A DNA stretch of 64,000 nt from Planctomycetota bacterium (GTDB lineage: Bacteria > Planctomycetota > Planctomycetia > JALXBF01), in contig JALXBF010000049.1 in NCBI GenBank assembly GCA_026991575.1, positions 1-64,000 on the forward strand, read 5' to 3'. Position numbers and translations under genes: made by a program. Of the stretch, positions 47,046 through 57,049 are shown piece by piece. A model generated the notes under the pieces. It worked only from the letters and a program-made list of their open reading frames with translations, searched no databases and had not been told where the DNA came from. Positions within the stretch are counted from its first letter, which is position 1; each line of letters starts with the position of its first letter.

Positions 47046-49229
47046 ATGCGTGTCTGGCCAGGGAGACCATACCCGCTGGGGGCAACTTGGGACGGTTCGG
47101 GCGTTAACTTCGCCCTGTTTTCCGAGCACGCCGAAGCGGTCGAACTATGCCTGTTTGATTCGCCCCGGGCGCAGCGCGAGTCGGTGCGGATCCGCATGCC
47201 TGAACGCACCCACATGGTCTTCCACTGCTACCTGCCCGATTGCCGCCCGGGTCAGCTGTACGGTTACCGCGTGTACGGTCCGTACGATCCGGCTAACGGG
47301 CACCGCTTCAATCCGAACAAGGTCGTGCTCGACCCGTACGCGAAAGCGATCGGTCGTGACTTGAAATGGTGTGATGAGCTGTTTGGCTACCGGGTGGGTC
47401 ACCCGGATGCGGACCTATCCTTCGATGACCGTGACAATGCCGCCTGGGCCCCGCTTGCGATGGTGATCGACGACTACTTCCCGTGGGGCTCGGACCGGCA
47501 CCCGCAGCGGCCATGGCACGAGACGGTAATCTACGAGCTGCACGTCAAGGGATTCACGAAGCTGATGCCGGGCATCCCAAAGAAGCTGCGCGGCACCTAC
47601 GCTGCGCTGGCTACCGAGACGGTAATCCGTTACTTGAAGGACCTGGGCGTTACGGCGGTGGAACTGATGCCGGTGCACCATCACGTCGATGACCGTCATC
47701 TGGTGGAACGTGGGCTGGTGAACTACTGGGGGTACAACACGCTGGCGTACTTCGCGCCCGACATGCGCTACTCGTCGTCCCGGTCACCGCGTGAGGCGGT
47801 GCGTCAGTTCAAGAACATGGTCAAGGCGCTGCATGCGGCGGGCATCGAGGTCATCCTGGACGTGGTTTACAACCACACGGCCGAAGGCAACGAGTTAGGG
47901 CCAACGTTATCGTTTCGTGGTATCGACAACGCAGCGTACTACCGGCTTGTGCCGGACAACAAGCGGTACTACATGGATTTCACCGGCTGCGGCAATACGC
48001 TAAACATGCAGCATCCCCGCGTCCTGCAACTCATCATGGACTCACTGCGCTATTGGGTCCTTGAGATGCATGTGGACGGGTTCCGCTTCGATCTGGCCAG
48101 TGCCCTTGCCCGCGAGCTATACGAGGTTGACAAGCTCGGTTCGTTCTTCGACATCATTCACCAAGACCCGGTGCTTTCGCAGGTGAAGTTGATCGCTGAG
48201 CCGTGGGACCTGGGCGAAGGGGGGTACCAGGTCGGCAATTTCCCGGTGCTCTGGACCGAGTGGAACGGCAAGTACCGCGACTGTGTCCGCCGCTACTGGC
48301 GTTGTGACCAGGGGGTGATGCCCGAGTTTGCCACGCGGCTGGCCGGTAGCAGCGACCTGTACGCCACTTCCGGTCGCCGGCCGTACGCCAGCATCAATTT
48401 CGTTACCTGCCACGACGGCTTCACGCTGGAAGATCTGGTCAGCTACAACCACAAGCATAACGAAGCCAACGGCGAACACAACCAGGATGGTGCCTGGGAC
48501 AACCTCAGCTGGAACTGCGGCGTGGAAGGCCCCACCGACGACCCGGAAATCCTTGCCCTGCGGGAGAAGCAGAAGCGGAACTTCATCCTCACACTCCTCT
48601 GTTCCCAGGGGGTGCCGATGCTGCGGGCCGGGGACGAGCTGAGCCACACGCAGCATGGCAACAACAACGCGTACTGCCAGGACAACGAAATCAGTTGGCT
48701 GAACTGGGAACTCGACGACCGTAAGCAACGGTTCTTCGAATTCGTACGCGAGGCGATCCGGTTACGCTGGGAGCAGCCGGTCCTGCGGAGACGCAAGTTT
48801 CTGAAAGGCGAAGTCGTGCCGCTGATCGGCCGCCGAGACGTCACGTGGCTTCATCCCAGTGGTGAGCCCATGGCGGACCAGCACTGGCACGACCCCCACC
48901 TGAAAGCACTCGGCATGCTCCTGGACGGCGAAGCGATCAACGACACCGACGAGCGCGGCATGCCGATCGTGGGCGACACGCTGCTGTTACTGTTCAACGG
49001 AGGCTCCGATCCCGTACGTTTTGTGCTCCCCAGAATGCACGAGCCGGGCCAGTGGTACTGGCGGTTGGCCAGCGTGCCGCGCCCACGGGCCCGTGCCCAC
49101 TGGCGGCCGGGTGAGCCGTTCCCGCTGGAGGCCCGCGCCGCGGTCGTCTTCCGCTGGGTACCCAAGCAGCCGGGCCGGTTCAAGTCCGACGAACACGGAC
49201 ATCAGGACGAGCCTTCGCAGGCGCCGTAG
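47046..49229 (+). CDS. glgX: Glycogen debranching enzyme
   Basis: [46 protein letters not shown]. Confidence 0.97.
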   Translation: MRVWPGRPYPLGATWDGSGVNFALFSEHAEAVELCLFDSPRAQRESVRIRMPERTHMVFHCYLPDCRPGQLYGYRVYGPYDPANGHRFNPNKVVLDPYAKAIGRDLKWCDELFGYRVGHPDADLSFDDRDNAAWAPLAMVIDDYFPWGSDRHPQRPWHETVIYELHVKGFTKLMPGIPKKLRGTYAALATETVIRYLKDLGVTAVELMPVHHHVDDRHLVERGLVNYWGYNTLAYFAPDMRYSSSRSPREAVRQFKNMVKALHAAGIEVILDVVYNHTAEGNELGPTLSFRGIDNAAYYRLVPDNKRYYMDFTGCGNTLNMQHPRVLQLIMDSLRYWVLEMHVDGFRFDLASALARELYEVDKLGSFFDIIHQDPVLSQVKLIAEPWDLGEGGYQVGNFPVLWTEWNGKYRDCVRRYWRCDQGVMPEFATRLAGSSDLYATSGRRPYASINFVTCHDGFTLEDLVSYNHKHNEANGEHNQDGAWDNLSWNCGVEGPTDDPEILALREKQKRNFILTLLCSQGVPMLRAGDELSHTQHGNNNAYCQDNEISWLNWELDDRKQRFFEFVREAIRLRWEQPVLRRRKFLKGEVVPLIGRRDVTWLHPSGEPMADQHWHDPHLKALGMLLDGEAINDTDERGMPIVGDTLLLLFNGGSDPVRFVLPRMHEPGQWYWRLASVPRPRARAHWRPGEPFPLEARAAVVFRWVPKQPGRFKSDEHGHQDEPSQAP

Positions 49230-49252
49230 CGGGGGTGCGGAGGAGAGAGAAC

Positions 49253-51304
49253 GTGAGCGGAATCGTCTGGCAACAACACAAACGACAGCCAGCCGCTGAG
49301 CGGCTTGTCGAACGGAACACTCAGGCCCCGCCGGCACGGGTCGTCATCGAAGCAGTTAGCCCCAGCGTCAACCACGGCCGCTTCCCGATCAAGCGGGTCG
49401 TGGGCGAATCGGTCACCGTTGAGGCAGACGTGTTCGCCGATGGCCACGACCGGCTGCGGGCTGTGTTGCAGTACCGCGCGGTTGGCGAACCGGTGTGGCA
49501 TGAAATCGAGATGGTTCCGCTGGGCAACGACCGCTGGCGAGCCGAGTTCACGGTCACCGAACTCGGCCAGTACGAGTACACGGTCGAAGGCTGGGTCGAT
49601 CGCTTCGGCTCGTGGCGCGATGCACTGAAGAAAAAGCTCGACGCCGGCCAGGACATTCGCTCTGAGTTGCTCGAAGGCGCGGCGCTAGTGCGCTCGGTCG
49701 CTACCGCTGCAGCCAGCACGGAAGACCGCACCTGGCTTCAGCAGCAGGCGACGCTCCTGGCCGACGAACAACTCTCCCCGACCAGCCGCGCCGATGCGGC
49801 GCTGAACCCGTTGCTTGAAGAGCGCATGCGGGCCAATGACCCACGCCCAGGGGCAGTCCGCTACGAACCGGTGCACCGCGTGCTGGTGGAACGCGTGCGG
49901 GCCCGTTACGGGGCGTGGTATGAGATGTTTCCCCGCTCAGCTGCGAACGAACCGGGGCGCCACGGTACATTCCGCGACGTCATCCGCCGCTTGCCGTACA
50001 TTCGCTACATGGGCTTCAACGTGCTGTACCTGCCGCCCATCCATCCGATCGGACGCACCAAGCGCAAGGGCAGGAACAACTCGCTGGTGGCCGGCCCGGA
50101 CGATCCGGGTAGCCCCTGGGCGATCGGGTCCGATGAGGGGGGACATACCGAGATCCATCCGCAACTGGGCACGCTGGACGACTTCCGCGCGCTGGTCGCT
50201 GCCGCTGCCGAACATGGTATCGAGATCGCCCTGGACCTCGCGTTTCAGTGCTCGCCCGATCATCCGTACGTTCGGGAACACCCCGAGTGGTTCCGCAAGC
50301 GACCGGACGGGTCGATCAAGTACGCCGAGAACCCGCCCAAGAAGTATGAGGACATCTATCCGTTGGACTTCGAATCCCCCGCCTGGCAGCAACTATGGCA
50401 GGAACTGAAGCGAGTTGTCCTGTTCTGGTGCAGCCAGGGGGTGCGAATCTTCCGCGTCGATAACCCGCACACAAAGCCGTTCGCCTTCTGGGAATGGCTG
50501 CTTTCCGAGGTGCGCCGGAGCTATCCGGACGTGATCTTCCTGTCGGAAGCGTTTACCCGCCCCAAGATCATGAAGTACCTGGCCAAGTGCGGCTTCTCTC
50601 AGTCGTACACCTACTTCACCTGGCGAAACACGAAGCAAGAACTGATCGAATACCTCACGGAGCTGACCCAAACTGAGATGCGCGAGTACTTCCGTCCCAA
50701 CCTCTTCGCCAACACGCCCGACATCCTGCACGCCTACCTTCAGCACGGCGGTCGACCGGCGTTCCAGGTGCGGGCAACGCTGGCAGCAACGCTGGCAGCG
50801 ACCTGGGGCATCTACGGCCCACCGTTTGAGCTTTGCGTCGCAGAGGCCGTTCCCGGCACGGAGGAGTACGTCAACTCCGAAAAGTACGAGATCCGCCACT
50901 GGGACCTGGACCGACCGGGCAACATCCGCGACTACATCGCTGTTCTCAATCAGATCCGCGACCAGAACCCCGCCCTGCAGTACAACTGGAACCTGCAGTT
51001 CCTGACCATCGACAACGAGCAGATGATCGCCTACGCGAAGGCCCTGCCGGACCGGTCCAACATCCTGGTCATGATCGTGAACCTGGATCCGTTTCACCGT
51101 CAGGGCGGCTGGCTTGAGTTGCCGTTGGAGCAGCTCGGCATCGCGGCGAACGCGCCCTTTGAGGTGCACGAGCTCATCGGCGACAGCCGCTTCTTCTGGC
51201 AGGGTGCACGACACTACTACGAACTGGACCCACATGTCTGCCCCGCTGCGATCTTGCGGATCCGTCCCACCGTGCGTACGGAACGGGATTACGAGTACTT
51301 CTGA
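49253..51304 (+). CDS. glgE: Alpha-1,4-glucan:maltose-1-phosphate maltosyltransferase
   Basis: DVFADGHD, WYEMFPRS, YAENPPKKYEDIYP, FRVDNPHTKP, SEAFT, SEKYE; start estimated. Confidence 0.96.
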   Translation: MSGIVWQQHKRQPAAERLVERNTQAPPARVVIEAVSPSVNHGRFPIKRVVGESVTVEADVFADGHDRLRAVLQYRAVGEPVWHEIEMVPLGNDRWRAEFTVTELGQYEYTVEGWVDRFGSWRDALKKKLDAGQDIRSELLEGAALVRSVATAAASTEDRTWLQQQATLLADEQLSPTSRADAALNPLLEERMRANDPRPGAVRYEPVHRVLVERVRARYGAWYEMFPRSAANEPGRHGTFRDVIRRLPYIRYMGFNVLYLPPIHPIGRTKRKGRNNSLVAGPDDPGSPWAIGSDEGGHTEIHPQLGTLDDFRALVAAAAEHGIEIALDLAFQCSPDHPYVREHPEWFRKRPDGSIKYAENPPKKYEDIYPLDFESPAWQQLWQELKRVVLFWCSQGVRIFRVDNPHTKPFAFWEWLLSEVRRSYPDVIFLSEAFTRPKIMKYLAKCGFSQSYTYFTWRNTKQELIEYLTELTQTEMREYFRPNLFANTPDILHAYLQHGGRPAFQVRATLAATLAATWGIYGPPFELCVAEAVPGTEEYVNSEKYEIRHWDLDRPGNIRDYIAVLNQIRDQNPALQYNWNLQFLTIDNEQMIAYAKALPDRSNILVMIVNLDPFHRQGGWLELPLEQLGIAANAPFEVHELIGDSRFFWQGARHYYELDPHVCPAAILRIRPTVRTERDYEYF

Positions 51305-52857
51305 TGGCCGACCGCGTCGCTAACCTGACAGAAGCCGTCCACCAGCGCACTGGACTGACGGCGGCGGACATCACGGAGCTGGCGACCGCTGAGCTGCCCA
51401 GTTTCCTGGAGCGGCAACGGTGGTTCGGAGGCAAGGCTCGGCGCATACGCAGCCTGAGCCCGGTAACCATCGTGCCACTGGCGGTCGAGCCGATCCCGAC
51501 CGTGCTCTGTGTGGTGCTGGTCCGCTACGAAACAGGCGCGCCGGATCACTACGCAGTGCCGCTGGCCCTTGCGCAGCCCGAACGGCTGCAAGTCGCGGTC
51601 GAAGACGCCCTGGCTTCGGTCCAGACCGCCCACGGCGAACTGCTGGTCTGCGACGGGCTGCCCGTGCCGGAAAGCCGAGCGGCACTCGTGGAAGCAATTC
51701 GCACTGGCGTGTTGTTCCGGGGAGAGGGCGGGGCCGTCCGTGGCTTCGTGACCGGGCCGGGCCGGCTAGTCCTGAACCGGGTGGATCCTACCGACTCGTT
51801 CGTCCCGTCACTGGAGCAAAGCAACAGCGCTGTCCTCTATGGCCGCGACGTGTTCCTGAAGCTGTTCCGCCGGCTAGTGCCCGGGCCCAACCCGGACGTT
51901 GAGGTGGGCCGGTTCCTGACGGAGGTTGCCGGCTTCAAGCAGGCGCCGGCCGTCTACGGGGGGCTGGAACTGTGCGTCGAAGGCTACGACGAACCGTGGA
52001 GCCTCGCTCTGGCACAGCAGGCCCTGAACAACGTGCGAGGCGATGCCTGGCAAGTGCTGGGCGAGCTCCTTCGCGATCGAGCCCGCCAGGACAGCCGCAT
52101 GGCCACGTGGCAGGAAACCTACCAGTTCGTCGAGGCGGTGGCTGACTGCACGGCAGCATTACACCGGGCGCTGGCATCAGGCACCCATGATCCGGCGTTT
52201 CGCCCGGTGGCCGCTGACGCGAGCTTCCTGGGCGAGTTGATTGGCCGCGTCGAGCGCGAATGCCGTGCGACTCTGGAGCTTCTGCGGGCAAGCCTTGGCG
52301 AACTGGGCAAATCCGAAGCGGCGTTAGCCAGGAGGCTGCTGGAACGAGCACCGCGGTTGCTCGCCGCCCTGGATCGTGCGCGGACCGCGCCCCTGCAAAC
52401 ACCCCCGCGGCGGATCCGGGTTCATGGAGACTACCACCTGGGCCAGCTCCTCGTGGACGAGCAGGGCAAGTTCTATGTCATCGACTTTGAAGGCGAACCG
52501 GCCCGGCCGCTTGCCGAGCGGCGCCGCAAGGAACTCGTCCTGAAGGACGTTGCGGGTCTTCTCCGATCCATTGACTATGCGGCGAATGCAGTGGCGTTCG
52601 ACTTGCCTGAGGCCGGCTCCGAGCTGACCGCGTGGGCGGACCGAGCAACGGCTCTGTTCTGGCAACGGTATCTGGCTGCGGTGAAGCGGCTGAGCCTGGT
52701 GCCACCGCAGCCACAGCAACAGGCGACGCTTCGCGCCGTGTACCTTATCGAGAAGGCTTGCTACGAACTGGTCTATGAGCTAAACAACCGTCCTGACTGG
52801 GTCCGGATCCCGTTGGCGGGTCTGAATAGAATCACGGAGATGCTGGACCCCAGTTGA
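51304..52857 (+). CDS. mak: Maltokinase (Pep2/Mak)
   Basis: QRWFGGK, EQSNS, HGDYHLGQ, IDFEGEP, DVAGLLRS, YELNNRPDW. Confidence 0.9.
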   Translation: MADRVANLTEAVHQRTGLTAADITELATAELPSFLERQRWFGGKARRIRSLSPVTIVPLAVEPIPTVLCVVLVRYETGAPDHYAVPLALAQPERLQVAVEDALASVQTAHGELLVCDGLPVPESRAALVEAIRTGVLFRGEGGAVRGFVTGPGRLVLNRVDPTDSFVPSLEQSNSAVLYGRDVFLKLFRRLVPGPNPDVEVGRFLTEVAGFKQAPAVYGGLELCVEGYDEPWSLALAQQALNNVRGDAWQVLGELLRDRARQDSRMATWQETYQFVEAVADCTAALHRALASGTHDPAFRPVAADASFLGELIGRVERECRATLELLRASLGELGKSEAALARRLLERAPRLLAALDRARTAPLQTPPRRIRVHGDYHLGQLLVDEQGKFYVIDFEGEPARPLAERRRKELVLKDVAGLLRSIDYAANAVAFDLPEAGSELTAWADRATALFWQRYLAAVKRLSLVPPQPQQQATLRAVYLIEKACYELVYELNNRPDWVRIPLAGLNRITEMLDPS

Positions 52858-53050
52858 CGGACGGCCGCCTCACCGGGCTGCGCACCATGTCCGGGATGGC
52901 TGCCGAGACCGAACCGATCGGGTTTGACTCCTCTTCAGCCGCGGAGGGATTGTCCTGCGACCGGGCCGCAGGTCGACAGGCCAAGGGCGTTCCGATGAGA
53001 CAGCCGCAGGAGGATGGCGGCACGCTGGCCTTGGAGCATTGAGAGACGCT

Positions 53051-55024
53051 ATGGACACGCTGGAAGTACAACGGGTCAACACGGTGACGCGCGCAACGGA
53101 CGGGTGCGGACCCGTCTGCTATGACGTGAGCCTGCTGACGGACGACGATCTGTACCTCTTCAACGAAGGCACGCACTGCAAGCTCTACCTGAAGCTCGGT
53201 GCCCATCTGCTGAAGGATCCGCCCGGCGTCTACTTTGCGGTCTGGGCACCGAACGCGGAGTACGTTTCGGTCATCGGTGATTTCAACGGTTGGAACCGGG
53301 ACGCTCACCCGCTGCGGCCACGCGGCTCGTCGGGAATCTGGGAGGGGTTCGTGCCCAACGTAGCCCAGGGGACACTGTACAAGTATTTCATCCGCTCGCG
53401 TTTCCACGGCTACTGTGTGGAGAAGGCCGATCCGTTCGGCTTCTTGCACGAGACGCCCCCGAAGACAGCATCGATCGTCTGGTCGCTCGACTATGAGTGG
53501 TCCGACGGCCAGTGGTTGCAGGAGCGGGCCGAACGGCAGAAGCTGACCGCACCGTTGGCAATCTACGAGCTACACCTGGGCTCGTGGCGGCGCGTGGTGG
53601 AGGAGGGAGCTCGCTGGCTGAGCTACCGGGAGATCGCGCCGTTGTTGGCCGACTATGTGCGCGAGATGGGCTACACGCACGTGGAGTTCCTGCCCGTTAT
53701 GGAGCACCCGTTCTACGGGTCCTGGGGTTATCAGACCACGGGCTATTTCGCTCCGACCAGCCGCTATGGCTCACCACAGGACTTCATGTACCTGATCGAC
53801 TACCTGCACCGGCAAGGCATCGGCGTCATCCTGGACTGGGTACCGTCGCACTTTCCCACGGACCCCCACGGCCTGGCCTACTTTGACGGAACGTATCTGT
53901 TCGAGCACGCTGACTGGCGGAAAGGGTGGCATCCGGACTGGAAGAGCGCCGTGTTCAACTATGGCCGCCACGAGGTGCGCAGCTTCCTGCTAAGTAGCGC
54001 CTTCTTCTGGCTGGATCGCTACCACGTCGACGGGTTGCGTGTGGACGCGGTGGCAAGCATGCTGTATCTGGACTACTCCCGCAAGGAAGGCGAATGGATC
54101 CCGAATGAGTTCGGCGGGCGGGAGAATCTGGAAGCCATCCGGTTCCTGCGTCAGATGAATGAGCAGATCTACGCCGCATTTCCCGACGTGATCACCGTGG
54201 CGGAGGAATCTACTGCGTGGCCGATGGTTTCGCGGCCCACGTACCTCGGCGGGTTGGGTTTCATGTACAAGTGGGACATGGGCTGGATGCACGATACGCT
54301 GCAGTACTTCAGCCATGACCCGATCTATCGCAAGTACCACCAGAACGAGCTCACGTTCCGGATGCTGTACGCGTTCCATGAGAACTTCATCCTGCCGCTG
54401 TCGCACGATGAGGTGGTGCATGGCAAGGGTAGTCTGATTGGCAAGATGCCGGGCGATGAATGGCAGAAGTTTGCGAACCTGCGGCTACTGTACGGCTACA
54501 TGTACACCCAACCGGGCAAGAAGCTGTTGTTCATGGGTGGTGAGTTCGGGCAATGGCGTGAGTGGGACCATGAGACCAGCATTGACTGGCACCTGCTCGA
54601 TGCCCCCCTGCACCGCGGCCTGCAGCGGTGGGTGCGAGACCTGAACACGACGTACCGGGGCGTGCCAGCGTTGCATGAGCGAGACTGCGAACCGGATGGC
54701 TTTGAGTGGATCGATTGCTCGGACACGGAAAACAGCGTGCTTTGCTACCTGCGGCGGGGCCACGATCCGGACGAAGCGGTGCTGGTGGTCTGCAACTTCA
54801 CGCCGGTGCCCCGTCACAATTACCGAGTGGGTGTTCCCTGGGGAGGCTACTGGCAGGAAATCCTCAACAGCGACGCCACGCTCTACGGCGGCAGCGGCGT
54901 GGGCAACCTCGGTGGCGTGCGTGCTACGCCCGTTCGGTGGCACGGCCGCGACTATTCGGTCAACTTGACGTTGCCGCCGCTTGCTATCGTAGTGTTCCGC
55001 AGCCGGCGGCCTCGACTGTTCTGA
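53051..55024 (+). CDS. glgB: 1,4-alpha-glucan branching enzyme
   Basis: [54 protein letters not shown]. Confidence 0.97.
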   Translation: MDTLEVQRVNTVTRATDGCGPVCYDVSLLTDDDLYLFNEGTHCKLYLKLGAHLLKDPPGVYFAVWAPNAEYVSVIGDFNGWNRDAHPLRPRGSSGIWEGFVPNVAQGTLYKYFIRSRFHGYCVEKADPFGFLHETPPKTASIVWSLDYEWSDGQWLQERAERQKLTAPLAIYELHLGSWRRVVEEGARWLSYREIAPLLADYVREMGYTHVEFLPVMEHPFYGSWGYQTTGYFAPTSRYGSPQDFMYLIDYLHRQGIGVILDWVPSHFPTDPHGLAYFDGTYLFEHADWRKGWHPDWKSAVFNYGRHEVRSFLLSSAFFWLDRYHVDGLRVDAVASMLYLDYSRKEGEWIPNEFGGRENLEAIRFLRQMNEQIYAAFPDVITVAEESTAWPMVSRPTYLGGLGFMYKWDMGWMHDTLQYFSHDPIYRKYHQNELTFRMLYAFHENFILPLSHDEVVHGKGSLIGKMPGDEWQKFANLRLLYGYMYTQPGKKLLFMGGEFGQWREWDHETSIDWHLLDAPLHRGLQRWVRDLNTTYRGVPALHERDCEPDGFEWIDCSDTENSVLCYLRRGHDPDEAVLVVCNFTPVPRHNYRVGVPWGGYWQEILNSDATLYGGSGVGNLGGVRATPVRWHGRDYSVNLTLPPLAIVVFRSRRPRLF

Positions 55025-55060
55025 CCGCTGATTGGCAAAACCCTGGGATCCGGAGCAGAC

Positions 55061-55738
55061 ATGGCCGACAACCGGGTCGAGCCCTTCGAAGTCAAGGACT
55101 GCAGTTTGGCCCGTTTCGCGGTCGGCCGCTCCTGTTCCAGTCTGCGCGAACTGCTCGATGCAATCCGGACCGTACCGGAAGCCGTGATCGAGCACCACAT
55201 GATGCGCTGCGCGCTGGAGGACCATTTCGAGCTCTATGAGTTTCCCAACGACTTTGCCCGCTGGTGCTGGGGCCCGCTTGGTGAGCATGTGCTGGGTGAG
55301 CGGCTGGCGCTGATCGACCCGTACCGCCATCGAGACATCGCCGGGCTGCGGACCGAGCTGGCTAACGTGGTTGAGGACCACCTCTGGCACCTGGATCGGG
55401 TGCCCTACTGCCGCCCCGGCCTTGAGCTCCATCTGGTCGGCTCGCGGCTCGTGTCCTACGACACGGGCGAGCGGATCACGACCCCGGTCGCGCTGGCCGA
55501 AGCCATCCCCCGGCTGTCCCGCCGGAGCCTCTTCTACCACGTGCACGAAGCCTGGCGGCGCAGCGGCCGATCCGACGACTTCTCCGCCTGGCTGGAGAAA
55601 CACCCCGGGCACGAACAGCTTGCCCAGAGGATCCGCTCCATCGACTTCCACTTCCTAAACCTCTCGCAACTGCGCCGCGAACTGATCGAAGTGTTTCGTG
55701 AGTACCTACCGGAGAAGGGAGTGGTACCGCCGGCATGA
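55061..55738 (+). CDS. DUF5752-like protein (TreT-associated), internally duplicated
   Basis: Two repeats H-x(~14)-ND/DDFxxW-x-LxxRxxxID; stop overlaps the treT start (ATGA). Confidence 0.75.
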   Translation: MADNRVEPFEVKDCSLARFAVGRSCSSLRELLDAIRTVPEAVIEHHMMRCALEDHFELYEFPNDFARWCWGPLGEHVLGERLALIDPYRHRDIAGLRTELANVVEDHLWHLDRVPYCRPGLELHLVGSRLVSYDTGERITTPVALAEAIPRLSRRSLFYHVHEAWRRSGRSDDFSAWLEKHPGHEQLAQRIRSIDFHFLNLSQLRRELIEVFREYLPEKGVVPPA

Positions 55739-56976
55739 ACCGCCTCGAAACGTACGAACAGGTCGTCGGCCATCAGGAAATCACCCGGCTCCGCTACCTG
55801 GCACAAGGGCTTCGCGGAGCACGCGTCGTGCACGTCAACTCCACCCGTACCGGAGGCGGTGTGGCCGAGATTCTCTCCTGGATGGTGCCACTGATGCGGG
55901 AACTGGGCATCGATGCCCACTGGGAAGTCATCACCGGCCCCCCTGACTTTTACCGCGTCACCAAAGCAATCCACAACAACCTCCAGGGCCTTCCCGTTCC
56001 CCTCAAAGACGAAGACCTCCAGCTGCACCGCGACGTCAACCGCGACAACGCCGAGAAACTCGCGCTGGAAGCCGACATCGTCATCGTGCACGATCCCCAG
56101 CCGATCTTCCTGCCGGAATTCACGCCGAAGAATCGGGTGAAGCGCTGGGTGTGGCGGTGCCACGTCGACGCCTCCCGGCCCACACGGCGGGTCTGGAAAC
56201 ACCTGGAGTCCGCCATCAACCGGTACGACGCAGCCATCTTTCACATGGCTGCCTTCACCAGACCACTGCCCTGCCCAATGTTCCTGATCCCACCATCCAT
56301 CGACCCGCTGTCCGACAAGAACTGCCCGCTCCCCGAAGACGAACGGATCGAAACACTGCGGCGGTTGAACGTCGACCCGGACCGCCCGCTGCTACTACAG
56401 GTCTCGCGGTTCGACCGCTTCAAGGACCCGATCGGTGTGATCCAGGCCTACCGGCTCGTGAAGCCCTACTACCCTGACCTGCAGCTCTGCCTGGCCGGCG
56501 GGCCGGCGGACGACGATCCGGAGGGGCCGGAGGTGCTACGCGAAGTGATGGAACATGCCGGCAGCGATCGGGACCTGATCGTGTTGATGTTGCCACCCAA
56601 CTCGCACCGTGAAATCAACGCACTGCAGCGCTCGGCCACGATCGTGCTGCAGAAATCGTTGCGCGAAGGTTTCGGGCTAACCGTCACGGAAGCCCTCTGG
56701 AAAGGCAAACCCGTCATCGGCGGCGCCTGCGGCGGGATCACGCTGCAGGTTCACGACTACCACACCGGGTTCCTGGTCTACTCACCCGAAGGGGCCGCCT
56801 ACCGGATTCGCTACCTGCTTCGCTATGCCGAAAAGCGGCAACGCATGGGGCGGACCGGGCATGAATTCGTGCGGGAGCATTTTCTGCTCACCCGCCATCT
56901 GCGTGACTACATGATCATGCTGATGTGCGTGACCCAGAAGGACAAAGCCAGAATCCCAACACCGTTCGCCGCCTGA
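55735..56976 (+). CDS. treT: Trehalose synthase TreT-like GT4 glycosyltransferase
   Basis: HVNSTRTGGGVAEIL, HDPQP, WRCHVD, SRFDRFKDP, QKSLREGFGLTVTEALWK. Confidence 0.9.
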   Translation: MNRLETYEQVVGHQEITRLRYLAQGLRGARVVHVNSTRTGGGVAEILSWMVPLMRELGIDAHWEVITGPPDFYRVTKAIHNNLQGLPVPLKDEDLQLHRDVNRDNAEKLALEADIVIVHDPQPIFLPEFTPKNRVKRWVWRCHVDASRPTRRVWKHLESAINRYDAAIFHMAAFTRPLPCPMFLIPPSIDPLSDKNCPLPEDERIETLRRLNVDPDRPLLLQVSRFDRFKDPIGVIQAYRLVKPYYPDLQLCLAGGPADDDPEGPEVLREVMEHAGSDRDLIVLMLPPNSHREINALQRSATIVLQKSLREGFGLTVTEALWKGKPVIGGACGGITLQVHDYHTGFLVYSPEGAAYRIRYLLRYAEKRQRMGRTGHEFVREHFLLTRHLRDYMIMLMCVTQKDKARIPTPFAA

Positions 56977-57049
56977 AAGGACCCCGCGGCCATCAACCCG
57001 GCCGCCTGCAGCCACCGGCCGGTATGCCACGCATCCGCGCACCACTGCG

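Noticed and set aside
50774..50797. Perfect 12-nt tandem repeat GCAACGCTGGCA x2 in glgE
   Set aside because: Encodes ATLAATLA in a normal GlgE helix; in frame and only two copies
52854..53042. 62-codon ORF bridging mak and glgB
   Set aside because: TTG start, no motif, and the likely glgB start is ATG 53051, so coupling is not convincing
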